The position numbers and the translations under genes are program-made. Below the pieces are notes generated by a model. That model saw nothing but the letters and a program-made list of their open reading frames with translations. It ran no database searches and was not told the DNA's origin. A stretch of 64,000 nt of DNA from Octopus sinensis. Its lineage: Eukaryota. The stretch spans positions 33,294,001 through 33,358,000 of the forward strand of contig NC_043008.1 of assembly GCF_006345805.1 (NCBI RefSeq). Direction: 5' to 3'. This document shows positions 26,311 through 41,500 of the stretch, in pieces (positions within the stretch are counted from its first letter, which is position 1; every line of letters starts with the position of its first letter).

Positions 26311-27142
26311 AATAATAATAACAATAATGCTTCAAATTTAGGCTCAAGTCAGCAATCCTGAGGGGGATGGGGTTAGTCAGTACCCTCAATCCCAGTACTT
26401 GACCTTAAAAAGATAAAAGGCAAAGTTGACCAACAGGATTTAAACTCAAAATGTAAAGTGCTGGAATAAATAATGCAAAGCATTTTCTCAATGCTCTTAC
26501 AGTTCAATGAGCCTTGCTACCCTAATAAAAATATCAATAATAATCATTTCTACTATAGGTACAAAGTTTGAAATTTTCAAGTTTAAAGGGTCGAATTGAT
26601 TGCATCAACCGCAGGGCTCAACTGGTATGTATTTTATCATACCTGAAAGGATGAAAGGTAAAGTTGACCTCGGTGGAATTTGGTCTCAGAATGTAAGAAA
26701 TGAAGCATTTTTGTCTGGCATGCAAGCAGTTCTGCTGGCTTGCCCATCTTAATAATAACAACAATAATGATAAAACATTTTGAACAGGCATGAAACATCA
26801 GGTTTACTCGGTTGGAGAAATAGAAAAATTGAAGCATTTGTGCTTGTTATTTTTTTTTAATTTTTAATTTGTGTAACATCTATGACAACAAGAATATTTT
26901 TTTATTTTTCTTTTTACTTTTATACAAAGATATGAAGCCTGAGATTTTTTTTAATGATTATAAGTATGTATGGGGAGGGAGAATGAGAGGTTGTAATCAT
27001 CATGCCTCTTCAGAGAAGATTATTAATGTAAGTGAAGCAAAACGGCTTCAATTCAGAATTGAAATCACATCACAGACTTCGCTCGCTAAAAACATATTGT
27101 CACAGCATTACAAACAAAATAATTACACAGGAGGCAAGTAAA

Positions 27143-27870
<728 letters not shown>

Positions 27871-28339
27871 ATATTGAGAGAGAGAGATAAACATATGTAT
27901 ATCTGTGAGTATATATGTGTGTGTGTGTGTGTATCTTGAATTCAAGAAAGGAACAGAAAACAAAAGAGAAATGATTAGATAATCCAAATCAAAAATTTGA
28001 ACTAAAATTCTCATGATATCTAAAATGTCAAGTGAATAAGCTTGGTTAACCTATATCAATAAATAATAATTCTTTCTATCATAGGTACGAAACCTGAAAT
28101 CTTGGGGAAAAGGTCTTTTTGCTTATGTCATCCTCAGTACTTAACTGGGTCTTATTTAATCAATCCCAAAGGGATAAAAGGAGAAGTCTACCTCAGTGGA
28201 ATTTGAACCCACAGTATAAAGACAGTGGAAAAGCTGTACTAACAATTCTACCATCTCACTACCTTAATGATAATGAGCTTATTGTAGACAATGCACTATA
28301 ACTCATTCGTTTCTGAGATCAGCTTAAGGTCACTCTCCT

Positions 28340-28560
28340 CTGCTGCTCCATTGACCCAAAGACCTGAGAGACAATCACCAAGGATCACACAAAGTGGTAG
28401 CATGTCATCATCAAGAGAATGAACCAGATGGAAATTAACAGATGTCAAGAGGCAGAGGTCAGAGGTCAAAAACGCAAAGAGTGGCTCATATTTCCTTGTC
28501 TCCCACCAACCATCTCCTAAGATAAATGCCTCCCCAAATCTTCTATACTGCTCTTGGCCT
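28340..28560 (+). pseudogene. Highly degraded RTE ORF C-terminus
   Basis: IDPKT*ETITKDHTKW*HVIIKRMNQMEINRCQEAEVRGQKRK resembles the I....WE..A.DR..WR....G....E..R...AE.KR.KRK end of RTE elements. Confidence 0.45.
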
Positions 28561-29278
28561 GAAGAGCCACCTTAGGCACTGGGTCCCTTTGCATCCATTA
28601 AGATGAAGAGGCTTAATCACTTGCTACAGATTAACTATGAGTTAATACCAATGACTACAACTCACTGGTAGAGGTTAAAAAATGGACAGAAAGCAGCCAA
28701 GAAAAGGAGAGAAAATCCAAAAGTACATACACTGTACACAGAATAAAACACAATAAGGTAGAAAAGTGAACAGTAAAAGGAAAGGAAAGGGAGATCCACA
28801 AAGAGAAAGGGTGCTGCCAAGCTTAATTACTAAAGGGAACAAAATATATATACACACACTCATACACACATGAAGATAGTAAAAGTATGCAATACATATA
28901 GTAGAGTTTGTTTATTCATTTTGAGCTGTTGATTCACATTGATGTTACTCAGAGTTTCTTATTATGTATGATACTTCATATTTTGCTACACAAAGAATTG
29001 CACTTATGACAGTGATGGAATAAATCAACAGTTTCAAGTAACAAATATACAAATATATCTGTCTGTCTGTCTGTCTATATCTATTATATATATATATCGT
29101 ACCGAGATTTTAATCCATTCTTGTTGCTTTTTTCCTATATATATATATAGAGAGAGAGAGAGAGGTTGATGGGTGAGAAGGATAAATGTTTAGTTAGTTC
29201 CATATATATATATATATAAGGGCGGTGCCCCAGCATGGCCTCAGCCGGATGGCTGAAACAAGTAAAAGAGTAAAAGAG

Positions 29279-29309
<31 letters not shown>

Positions 29310-29918
29310 GTTGATGGGTGGTAAGGATAAATGTTTACTTAGTTCCATTATTCACTGCCATTTCTGAATGTGAGAATTTTTAATCATAAATCACTCTATT
29401 CAACAACTCCTTTCATGAATAAATGAAAACAAGCAAAAGTGAAAGTCAAAGCCTTGAAAACTCTTCAGTATAATGTGAAATACACGAGATAATGCCATTT
29501 GTCTGGAAAACAACAAATCAAAACAAAGCCAGTAAACAATACAAAATTGATAAAACAAAGAAACAAACAAACAAAAATGGATAGTGATTAGTGTGTCATG
29601 AGAGAAAAATCCGACATTTCAGGTAGATTTGATGGCGAGGATATACAAAAAAAAAAAGCAGCAGTAGATATAATTTTTATTATCTATTTTTCAGAATAAA
29701 AGAAGAAAGTAAAAATAGTCACCATAAATGAGTCAAAATGAAAATTATAAGAAGTTAATGTTATCTGCAAATTGGAATAGATACAGGTAAAATAAATGTT
29801 AGTTACATTTAATATATATATATGTGTATATATATTTGTTCTGAAATTCTTTGGTTCCTCTTAACCATCATGGCTGAGTTAATGCTGACACAATACTTAT
29901 ACATATTATACATACATA

Positions 29919-29951
<33 letters not shown>

Positions 29952-29984
29952 GAAGGAATTTTGTGAAACAACTTATTCAAATGA

Positions 29985-30480
29985 TTGAATAATTTTAATT
30001 TACTCAAAATGCATTTCTTTGAATAATCTTAATTTACTGAAAAGTATTTCTTTGCATAATGTTAATTTAGTAAAATAGATTTCTTAAAATAATTATAATT
30101 GTCTGAAAAGTATTGCTTTGAATATCCTTAAGTTGAGGTTAGATTTTATCTGTCACTCAGTTTAAGACCACCACCTTACAGTCTATAGTAGACTAAATAT
30201 ACTGTTGCAAACATTTGAACCAGACCTCCATTTTGAACGTATCTGCCTTCCATCTTTCAGCAGTCTAAGCAACTCTTAATAGCACAGGAACAGCTCTTCC
30301 TCTTCATCTGATGTATTAAAAATTGAAGAAGAAAGATATTTAAAAGTATGTTTTTCAATAACTTCAATTTATGCAACTGATTTCTTTAATTGTTCTTAAT
30401 ATCGTTAAATGTATTTCTTTAACACACAAAAATATTTCTTGGAACAATCTTAACACACTCAAATTCATTCTTTGATTCCC
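29985..30480. repeat. Degenerate ~33-bp minisatellite, interrupted at ~30135-30335
   Basis: Repeating AATAATCTTAATTTACTGAAAAGTATTTCTTTG-like units. Confidence 0.55.
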
Positions 30481-30747
30481 AAGACAGTATTAATAAATCA
30501 CTGAATAACATTGATTAGTTTTTATACTGAAAGTTTTGTAAGCCAGTTTTGAAAATTCAGGACATTTGATTTGTTAGGAAATAATACACCTTATTGTTAA
30601 ATACCTGAAGATCCTGTATATCTACAGATGAAACTCATATTAATAAGAGGCTGACTTGACCAAAATAAAATATCATTAATCTCTAGCATGGTACAGAGTA
30701 CTTTTTTCCAACTTTTAATTCTAAATGTGTGTGTGTGCATATATGTA

Positions 30748-30800
<53 letters not shown>

Positions 30801-33722
30801 ATATATGTATGTATATATAAATATATGTATGTACATCTTTAGTTACCCCATGAAGAATATTACTCAGCTTGGGGTCATTGATGAAATACAGGTAACTATC
30901 AATAGACATAAAGTGTTTGTAGAGAATGTATAAGTTAACTAGTGGGACAGAGTATGTTTTATGTCTTAGACAATTTGTTTATTAAGCAAGCTATTCCTTA
31001 ATAACTAGGGGCACCCACCCCCAAAAATGCTGAAGATTGGATCCATTGAAGTGTTGTTGATTAACATATTGGGAATACTTAACAAGTGGAAGGTACCTCT
31101 AATGAGCTGAGGGAACTTTCATATAATTACTCAATGTACTGGAAATAACAGGCAAATATGCCCCAAACTTCACTCTCTTGTCTCATGAACAAAAGGGATA
31201 CATTAGATTGTGTGGTCCTGGATGCATTACCTGAGAGTAAAAAATGGGGCTGGTTATAGCTGGAATGCTTTTGATTGTTCGTCTACTTGAACAGAGCTGA
31301 TCTGGGGTTAAACTAGAGCAACAGTGTTAGTGGGATGATATAGGTTATAATTGTAATTGATTGTTCTTTCATATTTCATAATTTATATGGTTAATTCATT
31401 AAGCTGAAGGCTTTATGCATTCAATTATTTTAGCTAGAATAAGAAAATAAATACTATTATGGGTTACTCTATATTTTTGTAGAGTGTAAATTTATTATTA
31501 TTATTCTTATACAAAAATGTCGTTGACAAGGCCTTTGAAGTTTTGGTCAGTTAAGCCATTATCAATTTGATGATGGTTTAACTGGCTGAAACTTCGAATT
31601 TACTGTCAACGTTCTTGTATAAGAATAAGTTATTTTAAATATGTATTTTCAACTCTTGTTTTATTTATTTATTGTATATTTTGCAATTATTATTTTTGTA
31701 GTTAAATTGTTATTTAAAACACATACATACATTTGTGCATAGAGAAGAAGCATATATTTTCATGCACACACTTAACCCAGCCAAACACATGTCAACAAGG
31801 AAGCCTTTACATGGTCGTTTAATACACTAATAATAACAGTCAAATCTCTCTCAAAACCATCATACCGTCTTAAAAAGGACATGTTGGATAAATGTAATCA
31901 AGAAAACAAAAAAAAAAAAGAGTTGTCATGACTGGAACACCACTGACCACCGATCTGTTTAATAAAATGTCGACCCAAAACAACAGCAACAGGGAAACCG
32001 CTATGAATTTCTTCAGCCTATAAGAAATAGCAACCAAATCTCTTTCAAATCACACTCTGGTACTCTACAGCTTTCGGTGGGGAAAACATTAAAAAAAAAA
32101 AATGAATTGAAAGTTATTTCCCTTAGGTTTTCCTAAGGGAAATAATAATAATAATTTCCGACATTGGGGCAATTTGTTGGGGTTAAAGAATCATTGATTA
32201 TAACAACTGTAGTTGTTGTTGATAGTATATTTTATTGATCCTGTGAATGATATAAAGTAAATTTCCCCTCAGTATAATTAAAACTCAGAATGTAAAGGGA
32301 TATAACTATGTAACAAAACACTGATAGTCGTCTATGTACTGATGGTGGCTCAATAGATTCAGTCATTTTGCCTCCCTTCCTAATAATAATAATCCTTTCT
32401 TCTAAAGGCACAAGGCCTGAAATTTTGATGGATGGGAGCTAGTCAATAACGTTGACTCCAGTGCTCAACTGGGACTCATTTTATCAACCTCAAAACGATG
32501 AAAGGAATAATAAAAATAACAACACTCTTGGATGTTAAAAGCAGAGAAACACACACACAAACATAATATAGGACCAATAACAGAAAAATACTTTAAAAAA
32601 AAATAATAATAATGACGAACTTATTGTATACAGTGTTTTGGTGCACTACAACACGTCAGAAAATGTAGCCAAATGTGTATGAATAATAATGATTTCTTGG
32701 TACAAGGCCCAGCAAATTCAAGGAGTGGGTAAGTCAATTACATTGACCTCAGTGTTCAACTGGTACTTATTTTATCGACTCCAAAGGGATGAAAGGCAAA
32801 GTCAACCTTGGTGGAATTAGAACTCAGAACATAAAGACAGACAAAATGCCACTAAGCATTTGCTCCCAGATTCTAATGATTCTGCCAGAACATTGCTTTA
32901 AGTGCATGAATAATGATAATGGGTTTAACAATGAAAATATTCAAAATATTTGGTTGAAATACAAAAGCGATTTCTTTACTGACACAAAATGCAGAAACCC
33001 ATAACAGAATTAACAGTAAAGATAAAACAAGTTACAAGAAATCAGTGTGGACAGTAAATGAGACAAGATCAGTATAAATTCATGGTGTGGATGTTGTGAG
33101 ATTAGAAGGAAATGACTTCATGAAGACAATGAGTAAAAGATGGTGTCCAGAATTTCTTCATAAACCAATGTTTACTGTGTTTTGTGGCATATAAGTCAAA
33201 TTTTTCCAGGCCAAACTTTGCTGTTAAAATTAAGGTAGGTCGACTTATAGAACTTTGAAGTATCAAAGACTCCATGTGAAACACAGCAACATTTGGAAAC
33301 ATAGTGACACTGTTTGAATGATTACACTATAAATTATGTCCATTTGTATGCTGGGAGATACAGTAAAAGAACAAGAACCCTGTGAGGTAGGACAATGTGT
33401 TTAGATATGGAAAAGAAATATTCAAAAATTTTAATGGCTTAGTCAGGAAGAATGGTTTATACTCATGGTCTTCACAGTCCCTCCAAGATTAGTGCAGTTT
33501 ATAGTTAGCATGAACATCTTTAAGCTGACATTTGTTGAAAATTCCATGACAAAAAAAAAAAGCAGAAAAAGAAACTAAGAAAATAAACAAATGTTGGAAT
33601 ACATCAATGTACTGATTGTATGTATGTGACAATCACATTAATTGCAATAGGTTAATGGGGCAAAGAAATTAGTGAGGTTTAAAGACAAGAGGGTAAATGC
33701 AAGTATACAAGCTGTTGTGACA

Positions 33723-33828
33723 GAAAAAGTTGTCAGCAGACAGTCACAGGAAACGAACCCATACCCATCCGATACCAGCTGAGTACTCTACCATTAAGTT
33801 ACACTGCTGTCTGCTGACAACATTTTTC
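33723..33828 (-). other. tRNA-like pseudo-cloverleaf enclosed by a ~21-bp inverted repeat
   Basis: Minus strand: TAACTTAATGGTAGAGT (A box/D arm), GGGTTCGTTTCC (B box/T arm), imperfect anticodon arm around GGT. Arms GAAAAAGTTGTCAGCAGACAG (33723-33743) and CTGTCTGCTGACAACATTTTTC (33807-33828). Confidence 0.55.
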
Positions 33829-34600
33829 ATCTTATAAGGGTAAAATACCTAATCTTTCTGTTGTTTTCACGACTATACTGCATTCAAAATATTACTTTCT
33901 TGTCTGTAAAATATGAAATACATTTGACGCTCCCGAAGTATGTTTACAAAATGTTGTTGCATTCCAAAAGCCATTATATTTAGCATTTGATTTGATGATT
34001 ATATGTATGTGTATATATATATGTATGTATGTATGTATGTATATATACATACATACATACATATAATGGTTTGGTGATGCAAGCAAGAAAATAGAACACA
34101 AAAACATGAGTATATATACATATTTCTTTTCATTATTAATAATCAGCAGAAATTACAGTGACTTAGGGGCCAAAAGTTTTGTGCATTTGGTAAGTGCCAA
34201 AGAACGAAATGCTCAGCCCTTGAGTCACTCTGTAGCTTCTTATAATTATTAACTATATATATATATGTGTGTATGTGTGTGCATGTATGTATGTATGTAC
34301 ATTTATGTATGCATGTATTGCATATGTATTAGGATTGGTAGAACAAACAGGATAAACAGAACTTAATACATGATATATATTTTATATTATTTTTAGTCAG
34401 CAGAAAGTTATCAAATCAATTAAGGTGTGTAATTTTCATGAATGGCAGTTACCAAACTGACTTCAAATCTCGACTTTGAAGTCATTTGGTATGTAGCATG
34501 CATGACATTCTCAGCTCCTAAGTCAGCATTGCAACCCTCTACTAAAATAATAAAAAATACATATATCCTACACATACACTTATACATGCATACATGTGTT

Positions 34601-34641
<41 letters not shown>

Positions 34642-35552
34642 CATATATGTACATATAGCTACATGCATATAAGTTAGACAGAGGATTTGGGCCTACACCC
34701 ATCACCCTTGCAAGCTCTACCAGACAAAAGAAGTTGCAAATTTTAGAAAAAAAATCCCCACAAAATTAGAAAAGTCTAGATCCATCGGAATGGTGTTTAA
34801 GGCTTCTGACTTAAACAAGCAAGTTTTGGCTTATGATTGTAAAAGTGAAATGTAACAATAAAAATTATATTTTTATCAGAGCAATGAAAATAAACTAGAA
34901 GCTTTTATATTACTTGTATTGATTTATGTTTGAAGTAGTATGTGTGTGTGTGTATTACATACACAAATATTAGGACATATACAAATGTGGAGGTGGGGAG
35001 GCAAAGTGTACATTAATAGATTCCTAGCTTACTTAATGCACACCCCAGCCATCACTTGCAGTTAAGCTGAATATTTCTATAGAATGAAGCTTAAAATCCC
35101 AACCTTCTATTTCTCATCACCGTAAGCTATGATGATATTATATATATGAATATATATATATATATATATACTTATACAAGTGTATGTACATATATGGGTG
35201 ACCCCCTTCGGTCATGAATGACCATGGGATTGCACCTAGAAAGTTACCCTCCAAGGCACAAGTCCAGACAAGGTTGTTTATGGAAGACCAGCAATTGCCA
35301 TGCATACCAGTCTCCCCTCTCCATGCCACCAGTGTTATCCAAGGGAAAGGCAAAGGCTGATAAAGCTTCGCATCTGTGACGTTGCAACTCATTTCTACAG
35401 CTGAGTGAACTGTAGCAACGTGAAATAAAGTGTGTTGCTCAAGAACATAACATGCAGCCCAATCCGGGAATCAAACTTACAACCTCACGATTGTAAGCTT
35501 GATGCTCTGACCACTGAAGCATGCATCTTCACATGTACATATATACCTTTAC

Positions 35553-35583
<31 letters not shown>

Positions 35584-38500
35584 AATATAAACACATACAC
35601 ACTGAAAGAAAAACTTACAATTAAGTAAAGTGGGCAAGAAACAAGACGAAGAAATAACAAAATAGAATCTTTGCTTCCTCTCTAAAACTACATTCTTTGT
35701 TCTTTGTAGCATTGTCAGAACTTCCATCATAGATCACAGTTTCAAGAGGCTCTGAAAATCATACTTTTGATATTAAAATGTATGAGAAATCAAGAATCAA
35801 TCATAGAGTAGAACATGATAAAACTGATTAAAATATAATTATTTAAGGAGGCAAGACAGAGACTGTAGCCTTTTCTGGGCTTTTGCAGAATAGTAGGGTC
35901 AGTGGGGATGAGATTTTGCCGAAATTTTTGTGCTGTGAATATGCAGAGAGAGAAACAATTTGTACAGTTTTGAAGAGGAAAGATTGGGGGAAAAGTGTGT
36001 ATAGCATACAGGACCTGAAAGAAGAGACTCAAGTGAGATACACTGAATGATAAGAGAAGGACAGATAAATGTGTTGAGTGGCACTCAGTTTTTCTATTTA
36101 TTCTAGTTCAAATGATCAGAGGCCAGCAAGTTCAGGGGAGGGGATAAGTTGATTATATCGACCCCAGTGCTCAACTGGTACTTACTTTATTGACCCTGAA
36201 AAGTTGAAAGGCAAAGTTGATCTTGGTGGAATTTGAACTCAGAATGTAAAGAAGGACGAAATGCTACTAAGCATTTTGCCTAATGAATTAATGATTCAGC
36301 CAGCTTACCACCTTAGAGGCTGTTAAAATAATAATAGAAGGAGCAGTAAGTGGAGGACTAAAGTTTGCAATCATTTGGTTTTGTAGGGAAATGATTTAGT
36401 GTAGAATATTTGATGCAGTACTAACTTTGAATAATTTTTACAGAGATAGTTAACATCATATAAAATATTTTAATGCACTCTATCACATTTAAGTAGAATA
36501 TATTTTCATTAGTATGATTAAATACATGTTTTAGTATTGAATAAATTTCGCAAATGTCATTTACACACCAAAGAACTATATAAAAATAATTTAATGAATG
36601 AGCAGTTATAAATTCAAAATCATTTACTTTCAAAGCCATGGTTAAGTGTGCAAGACAAATGAGTCATTTCATTGTACATTTCTTTGCTTTAACATCATCT
36701 GTAAATCATTAAAGTAAAATCATTGCTTTTCAGTCGGAAAAAAATTTCAGAATTGATAATTCCTAATTTATAATGAAAATAAATGAAAACACAATTAATC
36801 TGCAGAGTTTAATTATATAGTGAAAATTAAAATCAAAATTCTTTATTACAAATATAATATTGATTTCTAGCATAGGCACCACAAGGTCTCAGTAGGTTAT
36901 ATTGACTCCAGTGCTTGACTGGTATTTTATTGACCTCAGAAGAATAGAAGGCAAAGTTGATCCTGGTAGAATGTGAACTCAAAACGTAGATAGATATAAT
37001 TAAATATCAAAGAACATTTTGTTCATGGCTGTTCTATTTTCTGTCAACCCATCTCCATCAATTAAAAATATATTAGTGAAATAAAAATATAAGCGACAAC
37101 TAAATCTAAGCTATTGCTATTTATCTCTTAATAAACACAAATAAATCTCCCATTCATACTATTTATCTTATAATATTGATTTATATCAACTGGTGCAAGG
37201 CCAAACATTTTTGTAAGAAAGGGTAGTAGGTGACAAATTGAACCTAGTACTTTACTACCACTTTATCTTATCATCCAACCTCCATCACAGACGGATGAAA
37301 AGTAAAGTGATTTTTTGACTTCAGGATATAAAGGGACATAACTAAATACTGCCTAGGCATTTCCCCAGCTCTCACAATCCACTATTCTCCTCCTTTACAC
37401 AACAATAATCATACAAGAAAATCCCTTTGTTGCTTATCTCAATATCCAAATTATTTTTACTACCTCTTCATTGAAAATTTCAATTAAATAGTATGTATGT
37501 GTGGTGGTGTTTGTGTGTATATATATATTTTGGCACAAGGCCAGTATTTTGTGGGGAGGGGATATATCAATTACAACAAACCCAATATTCAACTGGTACT
37601 TATTTCATCAACCTTAAAACTCGCCTTATATATATATGTGTGTGTGATTTAATTATATCATTGTTGAATTGCTACATGGTGGCTCTTCTCTAATTTATAC
37701 ACACACACACACACATATATTGCATGTTCATATGTACCTAGTAAACCTTCACTGCTAGCATTTAACACAGTGAAATACTTTGAAATAGGTTTTTTTGTTT
37801 ACAGGTTAGGTTCATCATGGTATTAGCCTTGTACTAGATCTTATTAGGTTAGAAAAGACAGATACAATGGCAGATGGTCAGATGATAAACTAAGAAAAAG
37901 CTTAATGAATAAAGACATCAAAATGTTAGTGGTTTTGGTATTTTCTGTTACTAATCAGAACTTTAGACTTTGCTATGCTCATCATTAAATTTTAACTTGA
38001 AAGCAACAATTTTTCTTATCAAAGCAATCATGAAATAAAAAATATGAACAACAAATCAATGGAGTTGCTTTATGGTATTATGACCTGTTAGAAATAGCAA
38101 CCAACACACTCTGAAACTACATTTTACTAGATAGGATGGATGATCATTATAAAAGTAATTTTGATTGTAGCTCTGTTTGATCTGGGACAACCTGGGGTTA
38201 TACAACAAGTTCATAGACAACTAAACAATTTCCTTTGAAATTGTTGTTATTGTTTAGTCCCAGATCAATCCTTTTTGATCATGCCTATGATCAAAGATGT
38301 TTAGCTGTTACCAGTTTGTCTAATATTTTTAGTCATTATCCAATACATCCTGCCTTTACTAAACTGATAGTGAGTGATTTAAGGAAAATTTGACTGCTAT
38401 CTCTAGCAGGTAGACAGAACATATAGAGGCTCACTCTTAGTTACTTAGGTAGCTATAGTTTGTTATCTAGTTAAAATATCTAAGTTATTAGAGTTTGTTG

Positions 38501-41500
38501 TGAAAATATAATAGCTTGACTAAAATAGAAGTTAAGATTTCTTACCTCTGTTAACATCTAAGGATACTCCTTCCTTACCCTTTGTAAAGAGTAGATCATC
38601 CAAAACATGTGTAAAGAGTATGATGATACATAGTATATAAGATATGGAGTTTCAATATTAAAGGCAGTAATAGAAAAATTGAGAGCACACAAGACAAACT
38701 ACAAACTGGTCATCATTAAAGACATTAGCTCCTACATGCAAAGAAACAAGAGCAGTTGTGCTGGAATGGATATGTCATGTGAATGGAGAAATGCTTAAAG
38801 TCTATCTATGCTTATGCGTATATGTCAGAGTAGTTTTGACATACTGTTCTTCATCAAGGATTTTAGTGCTCTTTAGCAAAAATGCTTCTGGACATATCAG
38901 TTACATTTCTGATGCAAACCTACAAGAGACCACCTCTGGTTTCATATGAAACTGCCTGATTATAAATGTTTGTATTTAAAATATAATTTTGCCTTTTAAT
39001 TTTTATGTCATAAAAATGGCAAAGTTAGTTATTGAACTAAATCTGGCCTTGCTTTTTAAAGATGTTTGGTTTTTTATTTCAAAATCATTTGGAGTACATT
39101 AAAAATATGATCATAAAAGAGATTAATCAGCCTAATGTTCCCATATTATGTCACATTTATACCTGTAGCTTCTGCTTTTTGGGTAGAATTATTTTACACA
39201 AACTAATTATTCCACAAATGTTTAAGTAATCCTCTTCAATTAGTTATGTAAACACATGTGCAATAATTAGAATGTGCATCTAATTAATTAAAAATATAAT
39301 GGATTATTGTACATATTAGGTTATCTCCAGCATAGCAATGGTGAGTGAACCATCAAATGTGTGCATAAACTGAATTGTTTCTGCTTTTACTGCCACAGGT
39401 TAATTTTGAGTTCCACACAGACATATCACAACTCTAACATTGAAATATATATTGATTTCAAATTTTGGCACAAGGCCAGTAATTTCAGGGGAGGGGTTAA
39501 GTTGATTACATCAACCTCAGGACTCATCTGGTACTTATTTTCTCAAGCCTGAAAGGATGAAAGTCGAAGCTGACTTTGGCAGAATTTAAACTCAGAACAT
39601 AAAGACAGACAAAATGCCACTAAGCTTTTCACCTCGTGTGCTAACAATTCTATAAGCTTGTCACCTTCACTGAGGTATAGATTAACAAGAATAGTAAATG
39701 GACATGCAGTATTAAAGCTTCGTTGCCAAAGTAAGGTAAATGGAAGCAGAGTCAAATAGAGACATGGCATCTCCTACACAAAGTCTGCATACACTGAAAC
39801 TGACTCTGTACCTGTCAAAACCTGAAATATATTGGTACCAGAGAAATCTGGAGGAAATGTATACCTTGTGAAGAGAGGAAGAATGTTAGTGAAGAATTTA
39901 TAAAGGCAGGTGAAGCAATGAAGCAATATAATACTGAACTCACCATAAAAATCAACAGTACAAAGACTATAAAATACTGGTTTTGAACAGGAACTCAAAA
40001 TCCAAGAGAGGTCTGGGTAGATGTAGCAGGGACATGATAGGATACCCCATTTGGTACAGTTTCGGGCTTGGAAGAAATCAAATGATAGGAGAGAAAGGCT
40101 CAACAAAATCAACCACACCCTACACCCATGCAGTCAATGTCATTGACTCTTCAATGCAAGAAATGGTTTACAGAGTCATCAACACCATCACCATAGTTTT
40201 CAGCAAAGAAGAAACTAAATTCTTGGATATGAGATAAAGCTGACAAGTAAGTAAGTAGAGGGTAGGAGACTCAATGTTGAGTATTTAGTGCAAACAATAT
40301 GTATTGAAAAGGAGCAGAGGAATCTCTGTTAGAGTGAGTGAGATCCAAGTTTTTAGCTATATAGTGTAGGCACAGGCATGGGTGTAGATGCAGGTGTGGC
40401 TGCATGGTAAAAACTTTGCTTTCTAACCACATGGTTTCAGGTTCACTCCCACTACATGGCACCTTGGACAACTGACTTCAACCAGAGCCCCAGGCCAACT
40501 AAACCTTGTGAGTGTATTTGGTAGATAGAAACTGAAATATGTATGCAGGTGTATATTACTGTCACCTTGACTTGATATCACGATAGTTGTAAACAAGCTT
40601 CACTGTTATGCGAGTGGTGTCCATTTCCAATCTTCCATGAAAACATACTGGGTCATGAGGAACTATTACTTTCCCTGTAAATAAGTGAAAGGCATCTGGC
40701 CATAGCAAAATCAGCCTCAACAAATTCCATCTGACTTATGCCAGTATGGAAAAGTAGATGTCAAGACGAGGATGTTGATGATTAAATGAGCAGGAGAAGG
40801 TAATCGGTAACTGCTTACATGAAATGATGTCTATAAATTTGACTCAGATGGATTGCTTGACATTGTTGATAGTTTTCTTTTTGTATTACCTCAGTGATCA
40901 AATAAGGGCAAGAAATACATGAAGTGAACATATAGCTAGAGTAATAAAGAGGTGAAAGGAGTGCAGAGACTTGTTCACCATACAAAAGCAGATTATATGA
41001 ACCATGTATAAGAAGTGCGAAGCTATATGTTTCACTTTATGGTGGATGAGGGACAGATATTGAAAACGTGAAGCCCAGTAGAGGTTGAGGAAAAATGAGC
41101 CAGGTATGACTCCTTGGGTGTATAATTTTAACTTTCTGCCTAAAAGGTAGTTCCGAGAGAGAGAGAGAGAAAGTGGGCAGGCATTAAAACATCAAGGGAG
41201 ATGACTGAGCTGGTGTAAAAGTATGATACAAATAGATAATAGCTGTTTGAGTAAAATAAGGGGCCATACACTAACAGTGGAACATACAGGGATATAAAGA
41301 GACCATGGGAGAAGAGCTACATCTAAATATCAAGATGCGACTCATTAATAGGATGTCACAGGATAAAGAGGAATGATATAAGTCATAAATGTAGAGTCAT
41401 CCTACTTATAATCAGCAGAGAAAACAATGATAATAATGATAAAAATGGGGACACAGACACACACTCACTCGTAGATACATATGTTATCAGTACTGTTTTG

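Noticed and set aside
29691-29787. Plus-strand candidate exon (TTTTTCAG ... ACAG|GTAAAA)
   Set aside because: Stops in all three frames; can only be UTR or non-coding, and cannot be supported without RNA data.
33210-33234. Candidate 25-nt micro-exon (TTTTTCCAG|GCCAAAC...AAG|GTAGGT)
   Set aside because: Splice-like motifs of this quality occur by chance; no partner exons found.
39770-41420. ORFs 39774-40118 and 39983-40237 as host genes
   Set aside because: They look like heavily degraded RTE C-terminal remnants (C..C..LFNARNGLQSH; LYEPCIRS..LY), too decayed to call confidently.
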